Shown: piece by piece, positions 1 through 10,035 of the stretch
Layout: every line of letters begins with the position of its first letter
Position numbering within the stretch: the first letter of the stretch is position 1
NCBI GenBank assembly: GCA_902573735.1
Contig: CACGLH010000006.1
Location: forward strand, 13,282-77,281
From: an uncultured Alphaproteobacteria bacterium
GTDB taxonomy: Bacteria > Pseudomonadota > Alphaproteobacteria > Rhodobacterales > Rhodobacteraceae
Reading direction: 5' to 3'
Length of the DNA: 64,000 nt
Position numbers and translations under genes: made by a program
The notes under the pieces: model-generated
What the model was told of the DNA's origin: nothing
The model's input: only the letters and a program-made list of their open reading frames with translations
The model's database searches: none

Positions 1-1002
1 TTGTATGACTTGGGTATTATTATGGATAATTTTGTTTCAGAAAGCTCACTTTACAAGAATGGTAAAGTTCAAGAAGCTATAGATTACCTCTCTAAATTGA
101 ATTTGATATATAAAGGTGTACTTGAGAAACCTAAAGGTAGTGAGAAACTGGATTGGGTAGAGAGAGAACAAGATTTGTTTAAATCTACATTATTTGGAGA
201 TGATATAGATCGACCAATAAAAAAAATTGATGGTAATTGGACATATTTTGCGCCAGATATTGCCTATCATTATGATAAAATTAAAAGGAATTATCATGAA
301 ATCGTAGATATTTTTGGAGCTGACCATAGTGGATATACTGTAAGGATGAAAGCAGTTGTTAAGGCATTATCAAGTGGAAAAAAAGATTTAATAATTAAAC
401 TATGTCAACTGGTCAAATTATATAAAGATGGGATACCAGTGAAAATGTCTAAAAGGGCTGGAACTTATGTAACTCTTAGAGATTTATTAGATGAAGTGGG
501 AAAAGATTCGATTAGGTTTCTTTTTTTAATGCGCAAAAATGATGCTCCATTAGATTTTGATTTTAATAAAGCAATAGAACAAACAAAAGATAATCCTGTT
601 TTTTATGTTCAGTATGCAAATGCTCGAATATACTCAATACTTAAAAGGGCAAGATCATTAGGCATTAATACAGAAAAAGAATTTATAGCTAAAACTGATT
701 TATCTTACTTATCTAGTGAAAATGAGATATTAATTATTAGAAAACTTTCTGAATGGCCTAATATAATTTTTGTTTCTGCTTCCAGATATGAGCCTCATCG
801 TATAGCTTTCTATTTGTATGAACTGGCCCAGCTTTTTCACGGTTTGCAAAGTCTTGGGAAAATAGATCATACCATGAAGTTTTTGATTAAGGATAATATG
901 CAAGTTACCCTAGCAAGAGTTGCATTGATTCAGTCAATTCAAATAGTAATTATTTCAGGATTAAAAATATTAGGTGTTAAACCAGTAGATGAAATGTTGT
1001 AA
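1..1002 (+). CDS. argS: Arginyl-tRNA synthetase, C-terminal part (5' end outside window)
   Basis: ORF is open to the window edge. It has FGADHSGY and the class I KMSK-type loop (VKMSKRAGTYV), plus a C-terminal anticodon-binding region typical of ArgRS. Confidence 0.9.
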   Translation: MYDLGIIMDNFVSESSLYKNGKVQEAIDYLSKLNLIYKGVLEKPKGSEKLDWVEREQDLFKSTLFGDDIDRPIKKIDGNWTYFAPDIAYHYDKIKRNYHEIVDIFGADHSGYTVRMKAVVKALSSGKKDLIIKLCQLVKLYKDGIPVKMSKRAGTYVTLRDLLDEVGKDSIRFLFLMRKNDAPLDFDFNKAIEQTKDNPVFYVQYANARIYSILKRARSLGINTEKEFIAKTDLSYLSSENEILIIRKLSEWPNIIFVSASRYEPHRIAFYLYELAQLFHGLQSLGKIDHTMKFLIKDNMQVTLARVALIQSIQIVIISGLKILGVKPVDEML

Positions 1003-1076
1003 AAATTTTCAATTTATATTAACATATAAAATTAAAATTATAAAAAATTAAGAGCAGTTTAAATATTGAGGTAATT

Positions 1077-1736
1077 TTGGTTGAAGAAGAGTTGCATGCT
1101 AAATCAGGTACAAAAGTAAATATTATAATTAAACTTTTAGGCTTTTGCTTATCTACCACCATAATTTATTTTATGGTTATTTGGACTATTCAATTAAGTA
1201 AAGTAGAGATTGAAGACTTACCAGTAATTTCAGTCTTAAATAAAGATTTCAAGATCCCTGCCGAAGAAAACTCACATGATGGTATTGAAAATTTAGGTTT
1301 ATCAATAAATACACTAAAAGAGGGTAATTCTTTAGAAGATCATAAAGATTATAAACCTCTAAATACAATTGAGCCAGAATTACTCAATAACGAAAAAGCA
1401 GTCTCATCTGATATGAAGGACCAGCTTCAAAACTCTATCAACCTAGCCTTAAAGAGTTTAGAAAAACAAGAAATAATTTCATCTGATAAATCATATTATT
1501 TATATTTAGGATCTTTTGAAAGTCCAGAAAATGCTAATAAAAGGTTAATAGCAGTAAAAAAAATAGATGATCTTAATTTGATAACAAATTTTTCAATTAA
1601 AAAAAATATGACTGAAAATGACATAAATAATTACAGTGTTATATCTAATAACTATTTTTTTTATGAAAAAGCGTTAGATTATTGTGAATTAGTTTCAAAG
1701 CATGATTTAGATTGTAAAATAATATCGGACATATAA
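1077..1736 (+). CDS. Membrane-anchored SPOR-domain-like protein
   Basis: TTG start and one N-terminal TM helix. The C-terminal YYLYLGSFESPENANKRL segment resembles a SPOR fold. It sits after argS, as in many Alphaproteobacteria. Confidence 0.55.
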   Translation: MVEEELHAKSGTKVNIIIKLLGFCLSTTIIYFMVIWTIQLSKVEIEDLPVISVLNKDFKIPAEENSHDGIENLGLSINTLKEGNSLEDHKDYKPLNTIEPELLNNEKAVSSDMKDQLQNSINLALKSLEKQEIISSDKSYYLYLGSFESPENANKRLIAVKKIDDLNLITNFSIKKNMTENDINNYSVISNNYFFYEKALDYCELVSKHDLDCKIISDI

Positions 1737-1742
1737 CAATAA

Positions 1743-2507
1743 ATGGTTAATACAAATCCTATTAATAATGAATTTATAGTTGATCTAAAGGGTTTTGATG
1801 GTCCTTTAGAGCTCCTACTTTCTTTAGCTCAAAAACAAAAAGTTGATCTAAGGGAGATATCCATAACAGAATTAGTTGATCAATACTTATTTTTTTTAAA
1901 AACAGCTAGTAAAATTAAAATGGAACTAGCTGCTGAATATTTAATGATGGCTTCCTTTTTGACCTATTTGAAAAGTAGAATTCTTTTACCCAAAGATTTT
2001 TTTGAAGAAGAATTATCCACTTTAGAACTAGAACAAAATCTTGCTTTTAAGTTGAAAAGGTTATCTGAAATCAAAAATTCTACAGAAGAACTTTTTATGA
2101 AACCGAAGTTAGGAGTAGATTTTTTTGAGAGAGGATTTTTTGAAAAAAATAATAAAAAAGTTATTAAAAAGTTAGATTCTTCGTTAATTGAAATCTTACG
2201 TGCTTTTGCAAAAATAAATAGTAAGAAGATTTTCTCACCCTTGAAATTTATAAGAGAATCTATTTTCAAGATCGATGATGCTGTGAATATTTTAATAAAC
2301 TATATCATCAAAAGTAAAAACTGGATTCTTATACAAGACATTATACCTAGGGATTGGAAACATAACAAAAAAAAAATAAGATCAGCTATGGCTACTACTT
2401 TTGCAGCTTCTTTAGAGCTAGCAAAATCAGGAGATTGTTTTTTAGAACAAAAATCCGCATTTACTGATTTAAAAATAAAAGGGAATGATTTAGAGGTTAA
2501 AAAATGA
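1743..2507 (+). CDS. scpA: Segregation and condensation protein A
   Basis: N-terminal FDGPLELLLSLAQKQKVDLREISI motif typical of ScpA. There is a 4-nt ATGA overlap with the downstream scpB. Confidence 0.85.
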   Translation: MVNTNPINNEFIVDLKGFDGPLELLLSLAQKQKVDLREISITELVDQYLFFLKTASKIKMELAAEYLMMASFLTYLKSRILLPKDFFEEELSTLELEQNLAFKLKRLSEIKNSTEELFMKPKLGVDFFERGFFEKNNKKVIKKLDSSLIEILRAFAKINSKKIFSPLKFIRESIFKIDDAVNILINYIIKSKNWILIQDIIPRDWKHNKKKIRSAMATTFAASLELAKSGDCFLEQKSAFTDLKIKGNDLEVKK

Positions 2508-3115
2508 ATTTTATTCATAAAAATGAAAATGAAAATTTTTCTGATACCAAAACTCATGTATCAGAATTAAATAATGAAACCAATTTTGAAAATGAAAAAA
2601 TTCTTGAAGCTATTATTTTTTCATCTACTGAACCTTTAAGTATAAATTACTTAAAAAAGTCTTGCCCATTTATTGAGGACATAGGGGCATCTCTTAAAAG
2701 TTTAATGGATTTTTATAGTAATCGTGCAGTCAATCTTGTTAAAATTAACAATACTTACGCTTTTAGGACTTCACCATACTACAGTAATCACATAACGCAA
2801 AAAGTTGAAAAAAAAGTCAAGTTATCCAAAGCTGCCAAAGAAACTTTGGCTGTTATTGCGTATCATCAACCTGTCACAAGGACAGAAATAGAAGACATAC
2901 GGGGGGTAAGTTTACATAAAGGCTTAATTGATACTTTATTAGAATCTAAGTGGGTTAGCTTAGGACAAAGACGAAATACTCCAGGAATGCCAGTTACATA
3001 TATAACAACTAATTATTTTCTAGATTATTTTGGATTAAGTAAAGTTAAAGATTTACCTAATTTTAAAGAAATGAAAGAAGCTGGTTTTTTAACTGATTTA
3101 AAAGAAGATATGTGA
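2504..3115 (+). CDS. scpB: Segregation and condensation protein B
   Basis: EAIIFSSTEPLS and YHQPVTRTEIEDIRGV winged-helix motifs. Translationally coupled to scpA. Confidence 0.85.
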   Translation: MNFIHKNENENFSDTKTHVSELNNETNFENEKILEAIIFSSTEPLSINYLKKSCPFIEDIGASLKSLMDFYSNRAVNLVKINNTYAFRTSPYYSNHITQKVEKKVKLSKAAKETLAVIAYHQPVTRTEIEDIRGVSLHKGLIDTLLESKWVSLGQRRNTPGMPVTYITTNYFLDYFGLSKVKDLPNFKEMKEAGFLTDLKEDM

Positions 3116-3138
3116 AATTTGATAAGAAATAAGTCTTG

Positions 3139-4203
3139 TTAATTTTTAAAATGTTTTGACAATTTCAACCCTTGTCCTTGGTAATTTGATTTTAGTGTTT
3201 TTCCATATAAAATGTCTGGCTTCTCTAACATTTCTTCAAATATCAATTCCCCCATTTTTTGACCGTGCTCCAAAATAAAAGGTGTATCGTGGCATCTAAC
3301 TTCTAAAACTGCTCTTGATTTTTGAGTATTGTCAGTACTATAGCCAAACCCTGGATCAAAAAATCCAGCATAATGAACTCTAAATTCACCTATCATTGGA
3401 ATGTAAGGAGCCATTTCGGCTGCAAAATTAGGTGCAACACTTACATATTCTCTACTACTTAAAATATAAAATGCTCCTGGGTCTAAAATTATTTTTTTAT
3501 TTTTTGACTCAATTTTTTCCCAGAAATCGTCAATACTATAGTAATTAACCTTTCTTAAATCAATTAAGTCTGTATGAGACTTTGCCCGATAACCAATAAA
3601 TAAATTATCATTGTTTTGTAAATTAATAGAAAAAATTTTTGGTTTGGCTATGTCTCTATTAATTAAAACTTGCTCAGTATCCAAAGTTTTATGTAATTTA
3701 AATCTGATTTGATTTAGTTTTATATTTTGTTGAGCTAATACTGAAAAAGAATTTGGTGCAATTTCAGCGTATAATGGACCATTGTAACCTTTAATGACCC
3801 TGTCAAATTCATTACAGTAATCACTAATTAATCTAGTGAACAAATCTAATCTCCCAGTAGAGCTCTTAGCATTTGCGATTCCTTCGATATTTTCTGGTAG
3901 ATCTAAGGTTTCTTGCAGCTTTACCAAATAAACAGAACCTTTTTCTAGAATATAGCCCTTAGATAGATCAATCTCTTGCATTGCAAACTCTGATATACAA
4001 GAACTAACTTTTCTATCGGTACCGGGCAAAAATGAAGCTCTCATTCTCCAGGCTTTTGATCCCAAACGAAGGTCGATACTAGAAGGCTGAATTTGGTCTT
4101 TTTCAAAATTTAAATTTGAAAATATTTGTTTTTTATCCAAAAGTTCTCTTATATTTTGAGAAGGAAGCACTGATTTATAAAATGCATGCTCTTTTGAACA
4201 CAT
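3139..4203 (-). CDS. dcd: 2'-deoxycytidine 5'-triphosphate deaminase, long (~350 aa) form
   Basis: 354-aa ORF whose length and sequence pattern (QPSSIDLRLG, HYAGFFDPGFG) resemble the long DCD family of Alphaproteobacteria. Confidence 0.7.
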   Translation of the reverse strand: MCSKEHAFYKSVLPSQNIRELLDKKQIFSNLNFEKDQIQPSSIDLRLGSKAWRMRASFLPGTDRKVSSCISEFAMQEIDLSKGYILEKGSVYLVKLQETLDLPENIEGIANAKSSTGRLDLFTRLISDYCNEFDRVIKGYNGPLYAEIAPNSFSVLAQQNIKLNQIRFKLHKTLDTEQVLINRDIAKPKIFSINLQNNDNLFIGYRAKSHTDLIDLRKVNYYSIDDFWEKIESKNKKIILDPGAFYILSSREYVSVAPNFAAEMAPYIPMIGEFRVHYAGFFDPGFGYSTDNTQKSRAVLEVRCHDTPFILEHGQKMGELIFEEMLEKPDILYGKTLKSNYQGQGLKLSKHFKN

Positions 4204-4221
4204 AATTTTTTCCTAAATAAA

Positions 4222-4298
4222 TGGTCGGGCTAGCGAGATTTGAACTCACGACCTCTCGTCCCCCAGACGAACGCGCTACCAGACTGCGCTATAGCCCG
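4222..4298 (-). tRNA. tRNA-Pro (anticodon GGG)
   Basis: Reverse complement reads CGGGCTA-TA-GCGCAGTCTGGTAGCGC-G-TTCGT-CTGGGGG-ACGAG-AGGTC-GTGAG-TTCAAAT-CTCGC-TAGCCCG-A-CCA. This folds as a full cloverleaf with encoded CCA. Confidence 0.9.
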
Positions 4299-4322
4299 TA
4301 ATAGAATTTATTATATTATATC

Positions 4323-4757
4323 TTAAAAATCATTTGATATTCTACTTTCAATTTTTAATTTCAAAAAATTTAATTCATTTATAACTTCTTCTATTTTATC
4401 TTTATTAAAGTTAGATTTTTGAATATTTATTTTTTCAAGAGATGATGCATTTTTTTGAAAATTTAGGTTATTACCCCTCATACTCTTACCAATGTTAATA
4501 ATATCGTTAATTCCATTTTCTTTTATTAACCTTTTAACTCCACTTATAGTTAATCCATCAATATGCAATAGTTTTTTTATGCCAAATATAAATAATATAT
4601 CATTTGGTCTATAAAATCTTCTCCCTCCTGCTCTTTTCAATGGTTTAATTTGTTTAAACTTACTCTCCCAAAATCTTAAAACATGTGAAGGTAGTGACAA
4701 AATTTCTGATGCCTCTGAAATAGTTCTAAAAGCGTGAGGTGATTTTTCAATTACCAA
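4323..4757 (-). CDS. MerR-family transcriptional regulator
   Basis: N-terminal HTH ([25 protein letters not shown]...[11 protein letters not shown]). Conserved position downstream of ihfA. Confidence 0.8.
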   Translation of the reverse strand: MVIEKSPHAFRTISEASEILSLPSHVLRFWESKFKQIKPLKRAGGRRFYRPNDILFIFGIKKLLHIDGLTISGVKRLIKENGINDIINIGKSMRGNNLNFQKNASSLEKINIQKSNFNKDKIEEVINELNFLKLKIESRISNDF

Positions 4758-4771
4758 TTAAATTAACCAAA

Positions 4772-5092
4772 TTATCTTTTTTGGTTCCCTTTATTTATTT
4801 TGTCTTTCATTATTTGCGAAGGTTTAAAAGTTACAACTGTTCTAGCAATAATTGGAGCCTCAATTCCTGTCTTAGGATTTCTACCTATTCGTTCTTTTTT
4901 TTGTCTACAAGAAAACGTTCCAAATGATGATATTTTTACGTTTTCTCCAAGGGATAGAGAATTAGATAAGTGGTCTAGTACGTCATCTACTAATTGCATA
5001 GACTCGTGTCTAGAAAGACCAACCTCTCGAACTAAAGCATCTGAAAGTTCTAGCCTTGTAAGACTGTTATTATTTTTATTATATTCCATCAA
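4772..5092 (-). CDS. ihfA: Integration host factor subunit alpha
   Basis: 106 aa with HU/IHF fold motifs (LTRLELSDAL, GRNPKTGIEAPIIARTVVTFKPS). Confidence 0.85.
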   Translation of the reverse strand: MMEYNKNNNSLTRLELSDALVREVGLSRHESMQLVDDVLDHLSNSLSLGENVKISSFGTFSCRQKKERIGRNPKTGIEAPIIARTVVTFKPSQIMKDKINKGNQKR

Positions 5093-5190
5093 AAAATAAT
5101 ATTAAAAATACTTACTTAGAGTCAACATATATTGATATTCAAATTATAAATTTTTTAATATTATAGTTTTAGTACAAATTATTAAAAACC

Positions 5191-6231
5191 TTAAAGATTA
5201 TTTATTTGTAAAACTTTATTTTCAAGATTTTTTTGAAAATTATTTTTGGCTAGTTTACTAGCAAGAGTAATGGCTGCACATATACCAATGGCATCTGAAC
5301 TACCATGTGATTTAACAATCGTTCCATTAAGTCCTAAAAAAACTCCACCATTTACTCTTCTTGGATCAATTCTTTTTCTTAGATTTTTTAATGCTTTAAA
5401 AGCAAGAAATGAAGCAATTTTAGCCAGAAATGAGTTTGTAAAAGTTTCTTTGAATAATGTTCTAACTAAAGTAGCAGTACCCTCACCAGTTTTTAAAGCT
5501 ATATTTCCAGTGAAACCATCTGTTACTATTACATCAATTTTAGAAGAAGGTATATCATCTCCTTCTACATATCCAATGAATTTAAAGCCTAAAATTGATG
5601 ACAAATTTTCAATCATGTCAGAAGCCTTCAGTAATTCTGAACTTCCTTTATGGTTTTCTGTACCAACATTTAAAATACCAACCCTTGGTGTTTCTATATT
5701 AAAGCCACTTTTTGCATATGACACACCCATCGCGGTATATTGGCATAAATCATGAGCATCTGCTTTAATATCTGCTCCTGCATCCAATAAAATATTAAAT
5801 CCATTTATATTAGTTGAAGGCCAAAGTACTGCTATAGCAGGTCTGTTTATTCCATTTATTTTTTTTAATTTAACCATGGACATTGCCATTAATGCTCCTG
5901 TATTTCCACAAGATATGGCTACTTCAGCTTCTCCACTAGAAACACATGAAAGAGCATTCCACATTGAACTCTCTTTTCCTTTTCTTAAGGCTTGTGAGGG
6001 TTTTTCACTCATACTCACCACATTACTGGCTTCCACATACTTGAAAGATCCAGAAAGTATTTTGTGTCTACTAAGTAATTTGGGAAGTAAATTTCCCGTT
6101 CCATGGATAATAAAATACAAATAATTATTTTTATTATAAGCACTGATAATTCCTTTGAGAACTTCTTGCTCGCCTAAATCACCACCCATACAGTCTATGG
6201 ATATAACTATTTTATCTTTTATTTTATGCAT
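5191..6231 (-). CDS. plsX: Phosphate acyltransferase PlsX
   Basis: 346 aa with IDCMGGD near the N-terminus and VTDGFTGNIALK. Sits downstream of rpmF as in most bacteria. Confidence 0.9.
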   Translation of the reverse strand: MHKIKDKIVISIDCMGGDLGEQEVLKGIISAYNKNNYLYFIIHGTGNLLPKLLSRHKILSGSFKYVEASNVVSMSEKPSQALRKGKESSMWNALSCVSSGEAEVAISCGNTGALMAMSMVKLKKINGINRPAIAVLWPSTNINGFNILLDAGADIKADAHDLCQYTAMGVSYAKSGFNIETPRVGILNVGTENHKGSSELLKASDMIENLSSILGFKFIGYVEGDDIPSSKIDVIVTDGFTGNIALKTGEGTATLVRTLFKETFTNSFLAKIASFLAFKALKNLRKRIDPRRVNGGVFLGLNGTIVKSHGSSDAIGICAAITLASKLAKNNFQKNLENKVLQINNL

Positions 6232-6263
6232 AATAAAAATGGTATAAGAATCTATCTCACCTT

Positions 6264-6470
6264 TTATGCGGCATCATCATCAATATCAATATCCTCAACT
6301 ATAGGTGTAATCTCTTTATCACCATAGTAACCACACGCTTTACATATGTGATGAGGAATTTTTTGTTCTCCACAATTAGGACATTCCACAACATTAATTG
6401 CCTTTACAGAGTCATGTGATCTGCGCATGCCTCTTTTAGATCTTGTAATTTTACTCTTTGGTACGGCCAT
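6264..6470 (-). CDS. rpmF: 50S ribosomal protein L32
   Basis: [20 protein letters not shown] start plus a CxxC...CxxC zinc ribbon. The tracked ORF has a 20-codon upstream extension, which I trimmed to the conserved MAVPK start. Confidence 0.9.
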   Translation of the reverse strand: MAVPKSKITRSKRGMRRSHDSVKAINVVECPNCGEQKIPHHICKACGYYGDKEITPIVEDIDIDDDAA

Positions 6471-6581
6471 GATAAGTCCTTTTTGATATAATAATTTGTC
6501 AGTACTAATTAAACAAAAAGTTATTTTCAATACAAAAATTTAATTTTAATAAATTTTTTTATAATTTTAAGCTTTCAAATT

Positions 6582-7130
6582 TTAAAATTTTAGTCTTTCA
6601 AGCTCTTGAAATGGATTTAATTCGGTATCTTCTTCGTTACTATAAATTTGCTCCAATTTTACTCCTTCCTTTTTGGGATATTTAGGTATTGCAAGATATA
6701 GTTCTTCACTAATTATATCACCTAAATCGATACATTCTGTCAAAGGATCTATTTCACAGTTAATATCTTCATATTTGATTAATGCATCAATATTTTTAAT
6801 TTGATTAGATGATAAATGCCTTTTAAAAGGTACATATACTTTATATTTTATATCCTCGAGACTAATAATACACTGAAGATTACAGTTCATTGATATTTTG
6901 CCATTAATTTCAAAATCAGTGCCTAATTGAAAAATATTAATTATACAATTAAAAGTTTTAATTGATCTAACTTCTAAAAATCTTTCTAGAAGATTGAGTT
7001 CTCTTTTATTTAAATTTAACTTGATTTGTTTTTTTTTGCTAAAATCAAATTCCGAAAATTTGATAACCCTACTAAATGGAGGGGAAGACCATTTAACTTT
7101 AAAAGAATTATTTTTATTTTTTTTTGTCAT
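6582..7130 (-). CDS. yceD: YceD/DUF177 family protein
   Basis: 182-aa acidic protein immediately upstream of rpmF-plsX, the conserved position of DUF177. Confidence 0.7.
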   Translation of the reverse strand: MTKKNKNNSFKVKWSSPPFSRVIKFSEFDFSKKKQIKLNLNKRELNLLERFLEVRSIKTFNCIINIFQLGTDFEINGKISMNCNLQCIISLEDIKYKVYVPFKRHLSSNQIKNIDALIKYEDINCEIDPLTECIDLGDIISEELYLAIPKYPKKEGVKLEQIYSNEEDTELNPFQELERLKF

Positions 7131-7192
7131 ATTATATATTCTATAATCAAAAGATTGAATCTTGTTTCGAATTAAGATATTAAATTTTATAA

Positions 7193-7654
7193 ATGGCTTA
7201 TCATTATTTAATACGATTTTGCAAATTTTTTAAAATTTTAATATTATGTTTTTCTACTATTGGATGCAGCAAATTAGTTGTGCAGAATGGAGTTCCAGTT
7301 GACAATGATATATTTCAAAAATTAATAATTGGTAGCTCAACCAAAAATCAAGTAAAAAAAAATCTTGGTGAACCTCTTATGATTGATACTCAGAAAGAAG
7401 AGACTTGGATCTACTTTAGTCAAAAAATTGAAAATATTGCTTTTTTTGCTCCGAAACTTAAAGAAAGATCAGTACTGATGCTGAAATTTAAGCGTAATAA
7501 ACTTATCAGTAAGGAAAGTTTTACTCAAAAAGATTCAAAAATTATTGAGATAAGTACAAATAAAGTAATTTCAGGTGGTAGAAAGCTTACAATTCTTCAG
7601 CAAATTTTTGGAAACATAGGTAACTTTTCATCACAAAACTTTCAGCAAAATTAG
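7193..7654 (+). CDS. bamE: Outer-membrane lipoprotein, BamE/OmlA-like
   Basis: Lipobox FSTIGC. The downstream GSSTKNQVKKNLGEP segment resembles the SmpA/OmlA domain. Confidence 0.6.
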   Translation: MAYHYLIRFCKFFKILILCFSTIGCSKLVVQNGVPVDNDIFQKLIIGSSTKNQVKKNLGEPLMIDTQKEETWIYFSQKIENIAFFAPKLKERSVLMLKFKRNKLISKESFTQKDSKIIEISTNKVISGGRKLTILQQIFGNIGNFSSQNFQQN

Positions 7655-7661
7655 AGCTAAA

Positions 7662-8066
7662 TCATTTTTTGCCGTTAAGCGCAGCACCATTAATACAATA
7701 TCTTAGTCCAGTAGGTTCAGGGCCATCTTCAAAAACATGTCCTAAGTGAGCATTACAATTACTGCACTTTACTTCTGTTCTAACCATACCATAGCTCTCA
7801 TCTTTATGCTCGGTAATTGCTTCTGCTGAAAATGGCGACCAAAAACTTGGCCAACCAGATCCACTTTCAAACTTATTTTCTATTTTAAAAAGAATAGAAT
7901 CACAGCAAACACATTCAAAAAGTTTTGTATCTTCTTCAAAACCTTCATGCGAGAATGGCCGTTCTGTAGCGCTCTGTTGGGTCACTCTAAATTGTAGTTC
8001 ACTCAATTTTTTTTTTGTCTTATCTCTTGATATATCATTCATAGCATCTCTAATTTTTATTATCAT
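7662..8066 (-). CDS. msrB: Peptide-methionine (R)-S-oxide reductase
   Basis: Two CxxC pairs, GWPSF and RYCINGAAL motifs. An alternative start at 8042 would remove the 17-nt overlap with pyrE. Confidence 0.9.
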   Translation of the reverse strand: MIIKIRDAMNDISRDKTKKKLSELQFRVTQQSATERPFSHEGFEEDTKLFECVCCDSILFKIENKFESGSGWPSFWSPFSAEAITEHKDESYGMVRTEVKCSNCNAHLGHVFEDGPEPTGLRYCINGAALNGKK

Positions 8067-8724
8067 GTTTTTGTGACCATTTTTTTGGTGAATTCAGGAA
8101 TTCTTCTATCTGGTCAATAGTTTTTAAGTCTATTACAGATTTCTTTTCTTTACAATAATCCAAGATGTCCCACCAACATGCCAAATAAAAAAGATTTATA
8201 CCAGATTTTTGGAGTTTTTTTATGACATCATCGTAAATATTATAGTAAAATAATACAATTGCGTCTTCAACTTTTGCACCGGCTCTTCTAATTGAATCAC
8301 AAAATTTGATTTTACTACCCCCATCGGTTGTTAAATCTTCTATCAAAATTACCTTTTTTCCCCTAATATTATTTCCTTCAATATGCGCATTTACACCAAA
8401 TCCTTTCGGTTTTTTTCGTACATAATGCATTGGTAGTTCTAATTGACATGCTAAAAATGAAGCAAATGGAATTCCAGCAGTTTCACCACCCACTAAGCTT
8501 TCAATTTTATTTAAACCTATTTTTTTTGTGATTATTTCACTGCAAAAATTTATTATAATGCTTCTTGCCTTCGGATAAGAAATAAGTTTTCTGCAATCAA
8601 TATAGACCGGACTTTTTAAACCAGAAGTAAGGGTGAAAGGTTTTATTGAATTAAAATGAACGGCATTAATTTCTAATAGCAATTTTGCTGTAGTTCTTGC
8701 AATATTTTTGTCTATATTAGTCAA
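8050..8724 (-). CDS. pyrE: Orotate phosphoribosyltransferase
   Basis: PRPP-binding loop VILIEDLTTDGGSK. Adjacent to pyrC. Confidence 0.85.
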   Translation of the reverse strand: MTNIDKNIARTTAKLLLEINAVHFNSIKPFTLTSGLKSPVYIDCRKLISYPKARSIIINFCSEIITKKIGLNKIESLVGGETAGIPFASFLACQLELPMHYVRKKPKGFGVNAHIEGNNIRGKKVILIEDLTTDGGSKIKFCDSIRRAGAKVEDAIVLFYYNIYDDVIKKLQKSGINLFYLACWWDILDYCKEKKSVIDLKTIDQIEEFLNSPKKWSQKHDNKN

Positions 8725-8745
8725 GCTCTTTCCTTCTCAAATTTA

Positions 8746-9804
8746 TCAAGGTAGAATATCATTTTCCCAATATAAAGGGTATCCAGGATTAAACAATGTA
8801 ATCATATTTTTACCAATTTTTATTTTTTCTGGATATTTTATAGCTTCTTTAAATTTTCTAAATTTGGTAAGCGAAGAATTTAATGGCAAATTATAAAATT
8901 TTGCTCCATTTATAGAAATAAAGTTTTCAAGATTGTTGATACAGGAATCCTCATCAAAAACTTGTGCTACATACCCTAATGCATTTGGTGATGAAAAAAT
9001 ACCGGCACAACCACAAGAATTTTCTTTATTATGATCAAAATGAGGCGCTGAATCTGTACCCAAAAAAAACTTAGAGTTTCCTGAAGTAGCTGCTGCACGA
9101 ACTGCTATCCGATGTTCTTCTCTTTTGGCAATTGGTCTACAATAAAAGTGGGGTCTCATTCCTCCATCGAAGATGTGATTTCTATTGATTATAAGATGAT
9201 GCGCGGTCACAGTTGCTGCAACATTTTTTTTACTTTCTAATACATAATCAACACTCTCTTTAGTTGTAATATGCTCCAATACAATTTTTAAATTAGGTAT
9301 ATTTTTTCTTATACCTAAAACTGTTTCTTCAAGGAAATATGCTTCTCGGTCGTAAATATCAATTTCAGTGTTTGAAGTTTCTCCATGTATTAATAGTGGA
9401 ATACCAAAATCCGCAATTTTTTCTAATAACTTGTAAATTTTGGATAAATTTTTTATACCCCCTGAAGAATTTGTAGTAACTCCTTTAGGATAAAATTTAA
9501 TAGCTTTTATTATTCCACTCTTAACACCTTCATTTATGTCTTGTACTTTAGTATCTTCACTCAAAAAAAGTGTCATCAAAGGCTCGAAATTATTCCCAGT
9601 TTTAATTAAATATTTAATTTTTTCATAATATCTTTTTGCTTGAGAAAATGTAATTATTGGAATTTCCAGATTTGGCATAATTATGGCTCTCCCATAGCTT
9701 TTATATGAATACGGAAGAACCTTTTCAATGATAGGACTTTCTCTTAAATGTAAATGCCAATCATCTGGAGTTTTTACAATTATAGATTTTATTTCTTCTT
9801 TCAT
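8746..9804 (-). CDS. pyrC: Dihydroorotase (homodimeric type)
   Basis: 352 aa with the DWHLHLR metal-binding motif and a conserved HxxxxxxD-type C-terminal region (GTDSAPH). Confidence 0.85.
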   Translation of the reverse strand: MKEEIKSIIVKTPDDWHLHLRESPIIEKVLPYSYKSYGRAIIMPNLEIPIITFSQAKRYYEKIKYLIKTGNNFEPLMTLFLSEDTKVQDINEGVKSGIIKAIKFYPKGVTTNSSGGIKNLSKIYKLLEKIADFGIPLLIHGETSNTEIDIYDREAYFLEETVLGIRKNIPNLKIVLEHITTKESVDYVLESKKNVAATVTAHHLIINRNHIFDGGMRPHFYCRPIAKREEHRIAVRAAATSGNSKFFLGTDSAPHFDHNKENSCGCAGIFSSPNALGYVAQVFDEDSCINNLENFISINGAKFYNLPLNSSLTKFRKFKEAIKYPEKIKIGKNMITLFNPGYPLYWENDILP

Positions 9805-10035
9805 TTTTCTTGCTGAGAATGAAACTCTTAGTTCAATTTCATTAATTAAAAAAATTTAATTTTTCTTACCTTCATTACTATATGTTGCACCTTTATTATA
9901 TGTGATCTATAATGAAATTTAAACCATATATAGGATAACAAATATTTATTTTGTTTTTATCAAGTTTCATCAATAAATCTAGGTTAAATTAATTAGCCAT
10001 TTTACTTTTTAAAAGTTAATGCTTAGGAGAAAATA

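Noticed and set aside
1964-2557. Minus-strand ORFs 1964-2269 and 2300-2557 opposite scpA/scpB
   Set aside because: They lie entirely antisense to well-supported genes. Their Lys/Phe/Ser-rich low-complexity translations are typical of shadow ORFs in AT-rich DNA.
4739-5099. Plus-strand ORFs 4739-4927 and 4800-5099
   Set aside because: They are antisense to the MerR regulator and ihfA, which carry clear family motifs. No motifs of their own.
5246-6124. Plus-strand ORFs 5246-5755 and 5876-6124
   Set aside because: Shadow ORFs opposite plsX.
9805-10035. 230-bp divergent spacer upstream of folE as a possible folate (THF-II/folE-motif) riboswitch, including the hairpin AATGAAA-N12-TTTCATT near 9822-9847
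   Set aside because: I could not recognise a conserved GC-containing hairpin or the motif consensus. The only inverted repeat is short and all A/T. This would need a covariance-model scan (Rfam folE/THF-II) to settle.
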